Origin: Eledone cirrhosa
Taxonomy: Eukaryota
Length of the DNA stretch: 64,000 nucleotides
Direction of reading: 5' to 3'
NCBI GenBank assembly: GCA_964016885.1
Contig: OZ024753.1
Span: forward strand, 8,060,001-8,124,000
A program made the position numbers and the translations under genes. Of this stretch, positions 60,981 through 64,000 are shown piece after piece. Each line of letters opens with the position of its first letter. Position 1 is the stretch's first letter. A model generated the notes under the pieces. That model was not told the DNA's origin. It searched no databases and saw only the letters and a program-made list of their open reading frames with translations.

Positions 60981-62269
60981 ATTATTTATTCTGAGAACAA
61001 TACTTTAACATAAGTATAAGTGGCCAGTTACAGCCGGTTTGAACAGAAAGAGGTGAGAGAGATCTGGCCAGATGCGGCTGGTTTAAATGCTAAAGGGTTG
61101 AAAGGATGAAAGACGAAATTAACCTCAACAGGATTTGAAATCAAAGTGTAGATGTTCTAATATGCTTCTACCACGTTGCTATCTGGATAGAGCAGTAGTC
61201 ACACACACACACACACACACTCTCTCTCTCTCTGTCTTCCCATTTTTTCCTCTCTTTCTCACTTCTTTCCCCTTCTTCCTCTCTCTCACCCTTCCTTCCT
61301 TACTCTCTCTCCAGCCCTCCTTCCTTTATCTTTCTCTCCAGCCCTCCAGCCTTCCTTTCCCTCTCTCTCCTGCTCTCCCTCCCTCCTTTCTCCCCCCCCT
61401 CTCCCCCTCTCTAACACACACTACATACTTTAACATGTATGCTGAGAAAACATGTTGTCATTGATAGTATTTTTATATAGGACTTTTTTTTATTTTTCCC
61501 CCCACTCCTTTCTGTTTTATTTGATAAATTTATTGTCATTTAATATTTCTTCAACTATTTATAATTCCATTCACATCTTGGATGTTTTGTAGGAATATTA
61601 ACTCGACGACAGTGCTTGACTGGTCATACTTTATTTTAGCAATTTTCAGTTTCTTTCTTAAAATTTTAGTCTTTTTTCTATTTGAAATATTTCAAGAACT
61701 TTTTTTTTTTTTTTAAAATCGCATGAATTTTTTTTGAAGTTGTTGATGTCTGAAATATTGTTTTGGCAGTATTTTTATTTTTCCATTTTAGTTCAATGTT
61801 TGGTTTACCTTTGATTCTAACTATGCTAAATCATCATCACCTTGTCTGAACAAAATGAAATATATTTTGAAAATAAAAATGAAAGATCATTTAAAGCACC
61901 ACACAATTCACTAATGTGAACCAAAGTTATTAACTCTTTTGATATGAAGGTGCCTGAAATTGCCTTGGGTGTCTACAAAAAAATAAATGCTTCAAATTAT
62001 GTATATTTATCTAAAAACCTTCCATCATGATGCTATGTAAGAATCTTTGTTCGAGAAACCAGCTTAATAATGAGAAATTTAGTTATATGACTAAATACTA
62101 CTACATTCTTGATTATTTTCAAAAGTATTTGAAAATCATAGGCAATGTTTGTTCATTTGCATTTTTAGAAATGGATTAATTGTTACCACAAATAATAAAG
62201 GGATTAATGTTACCACAAATAATAAAGGGATCAATGTTACCACAGTTTACCCGCTAGCCTGAAATTAGT

Positions 62270-62440
62270 TACCATATTTCTCGTTGTCGGAGATGCTACT
62301 TTTTTCCTAAAATAAGTCTCAAAAATCTACCATGCTCTCTGAAGGCTCAAGGTTGTTTATTATTTTTTTCAAATTTTTGGTTGTCAAAATTAGAGCGGAC
62401 CCTCGAAGATAAAGAGTCTTCAGTGCCAGGAAATACGGTA
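62270..62440. mobile_element. pogo-like MITE, second family
   Basis: taccatatttc...gaaatacggta with TA flanks. Confidence 0.75.
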
Positions 62441-62607
62441 TATGTTAGACAATGTTTAAATGGTATATATAGTTTGTGTGTGAGCAAGCATTATTAGCCC
62501 TTATGTCTAGGGCTATGGATTGGCAGAATTCTATAAACTTAGAGTTCAAATCTCACCAAGAATTGACTTCCTTTTCATTCTTTTGGGATTGATATCATTG
62601 ATTACTA

Positions 62608-62812
62608 TGGCAGTGGATTGGCAGTATCCGCAGAACGTTGGACAACATGCTTTGTAACAGAGTTTTACAGTCTGAGTTCAAATCTCACCGAGGTTAACTT
62701 TGCCTTTCATCCTTACGGCGTCGATAAAATAAAGTACCAGTAATGTACTGGGGGATCGATTTAATCGACTTTCCCCTCCTCCCAAATTACTGGCCTTGTG
62801 CCTATAGTAGAA
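62608..62812 (+). mobile_element. SINE A long form nested in an older SINE A copy (62514-62593)
   Basis: TSD atcattgattacta at 62594-62607 and 62813-62826. Confidence 0.85.
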
Positions 62813-63283
62813 ATCATTGATTACTAGTATGTGATTAAATTCATACTCACTTTGCTAAAATAAATCCTTATTTATATTGCCATTTTTGAAATATTTCATT
62901 CTTTCTTCTGCTGATCACCATCGTCATTTTATAAGAGCTTTCCATAATGGCGTGGGTTGGATATGTTGTCATGGTATAAGTCAGTTCTTATCTAGAGTGA
63001 ATAGAAAAGAGTGTGATGATGAAGATGGTTGCAGAAAAGAGAGTAGATATAAAGTGATAGGATGAAACCGGTGGTCAGTGAGGGGGATAATGTAACAGAA
63101 ACAGTGATAGGCAGCAACATGTAGGATGCTCACTAGGAACATTGGATAGGAAATCAATATGAGCTGCATGATGGGATAGCAATAGATATAGATAATGGTA
63201 GGGAAATCTTATGTGTTGTACTTAACACAATTTCGACCGGGTTTTTTTTTTTTGCTGGATACTTTTCCTATCACCAATCGCTT

Positions 63284-64000
63284 TACAGCATGGACTGTGT
63301 TCATTATTCATGTCACCAGCACTAGGGAAGTTGTCTTACTGAACTCACGAGTCCTCGCTACTCTATATCAGTTTTTATTTGGAGTGTCTACTCTCCTAGA
63401 CAGGTTGCCTTCACTACGGATTGAAATGTGGAAGAGAATGATGACTAGCAACAAAGAAATTACAGCATGTATTGGGTTCATTATTCATGCCACCAGCACT
63501 AGGGAAATTGTCTTACTGAACTCACGAGTCCTCGCTACTCTATATCAGTTTTTATTTGGAGTGTCTACTCTCCTAGACAGGTTGCCTTCACTACGGATTG
63601 AAATGTGGAAGAGAATGATGACTAGCAACAAAGAAATTACAGCATGTATTGGGTTCATTATTCATGCCACCAGCACTAGGGAAATTGTCTTACTTAACTC
63701 ACGAGTCCTCGCTACTCTATATCAGTTTTTATTTGGAGTGTCTACTCTCATAGACAGGTTGCCTTCACTACGGATTGAAATGTGGAAGAGAATGATGACT
63801 AGTAACAAAGAAATTACAGCATGTATTGGGTTCATTATTCATGCCACCAGCACTAGGGAAGTTGTCTTACTTAACTCACGAGTCCTCGCTACTCTATATC
63901 AGTTTTTATTTGGAGTGTCTACTCTCCTAGACAGGTTGCCTTCACTACGGATTGAAATGTGGAAGAGAATGATGGCTAGCAACAAAGAAATTACAGCATG
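63284..64000. repeat. 177-bp tandem repeat, at least 4 units, runs off the window end
   Basis: ttattcatg recurs at 63304, 63481, 63658 and 63835. Confidence 0.95.

Larger units (their letters stand above)
60261..61100 (+). mobile_element. piggyBac-type MITE interrupted by two SINE insertions
   Basis: Segments 60261-60297, 60683-60785 and 60981-61100 reassemble the family consensus. Confidence 0.85.

Overview
Very AT-rich eukaryotic non-coding DNA, read by eye, so boundaries are approximate unless a target-site duplication (TSD) fixes them. The huge TA/CA/CATA microsatellites, tRNA-derived SINEs and RTE-type (ATG)n tails suggest a coleoid cephalopod such as Octopus (inference). No host protein-coding exon could be supported; almost all listed ORFs are microsatellite artefacts. 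The window is a mosaic of two tRNA-headed SINE families, an RTE-tail family, decayed non-LTR retrotransposon fragments (RTE, CR1-like, CRE-like and R4-like), and piggyBac-, hAT- and pogo/mariner-type MITEs. Several young tandem arrays visibly arose from TSDs or from motifs inside elements. The most notable signal is a set of short, non-coding fold-back elements, mostly bordered by (TA)n, whose arms carry type I hammerhead ribozyme cores (CUGANGA...GAAA...UH) on opposite strands. Two are structurally complete with palindromic stem III (4073-4133 and 55095-55165). They most likely represent several families of Penelope-like/retrozyme-type elements and share a small 3' hairpin motif.
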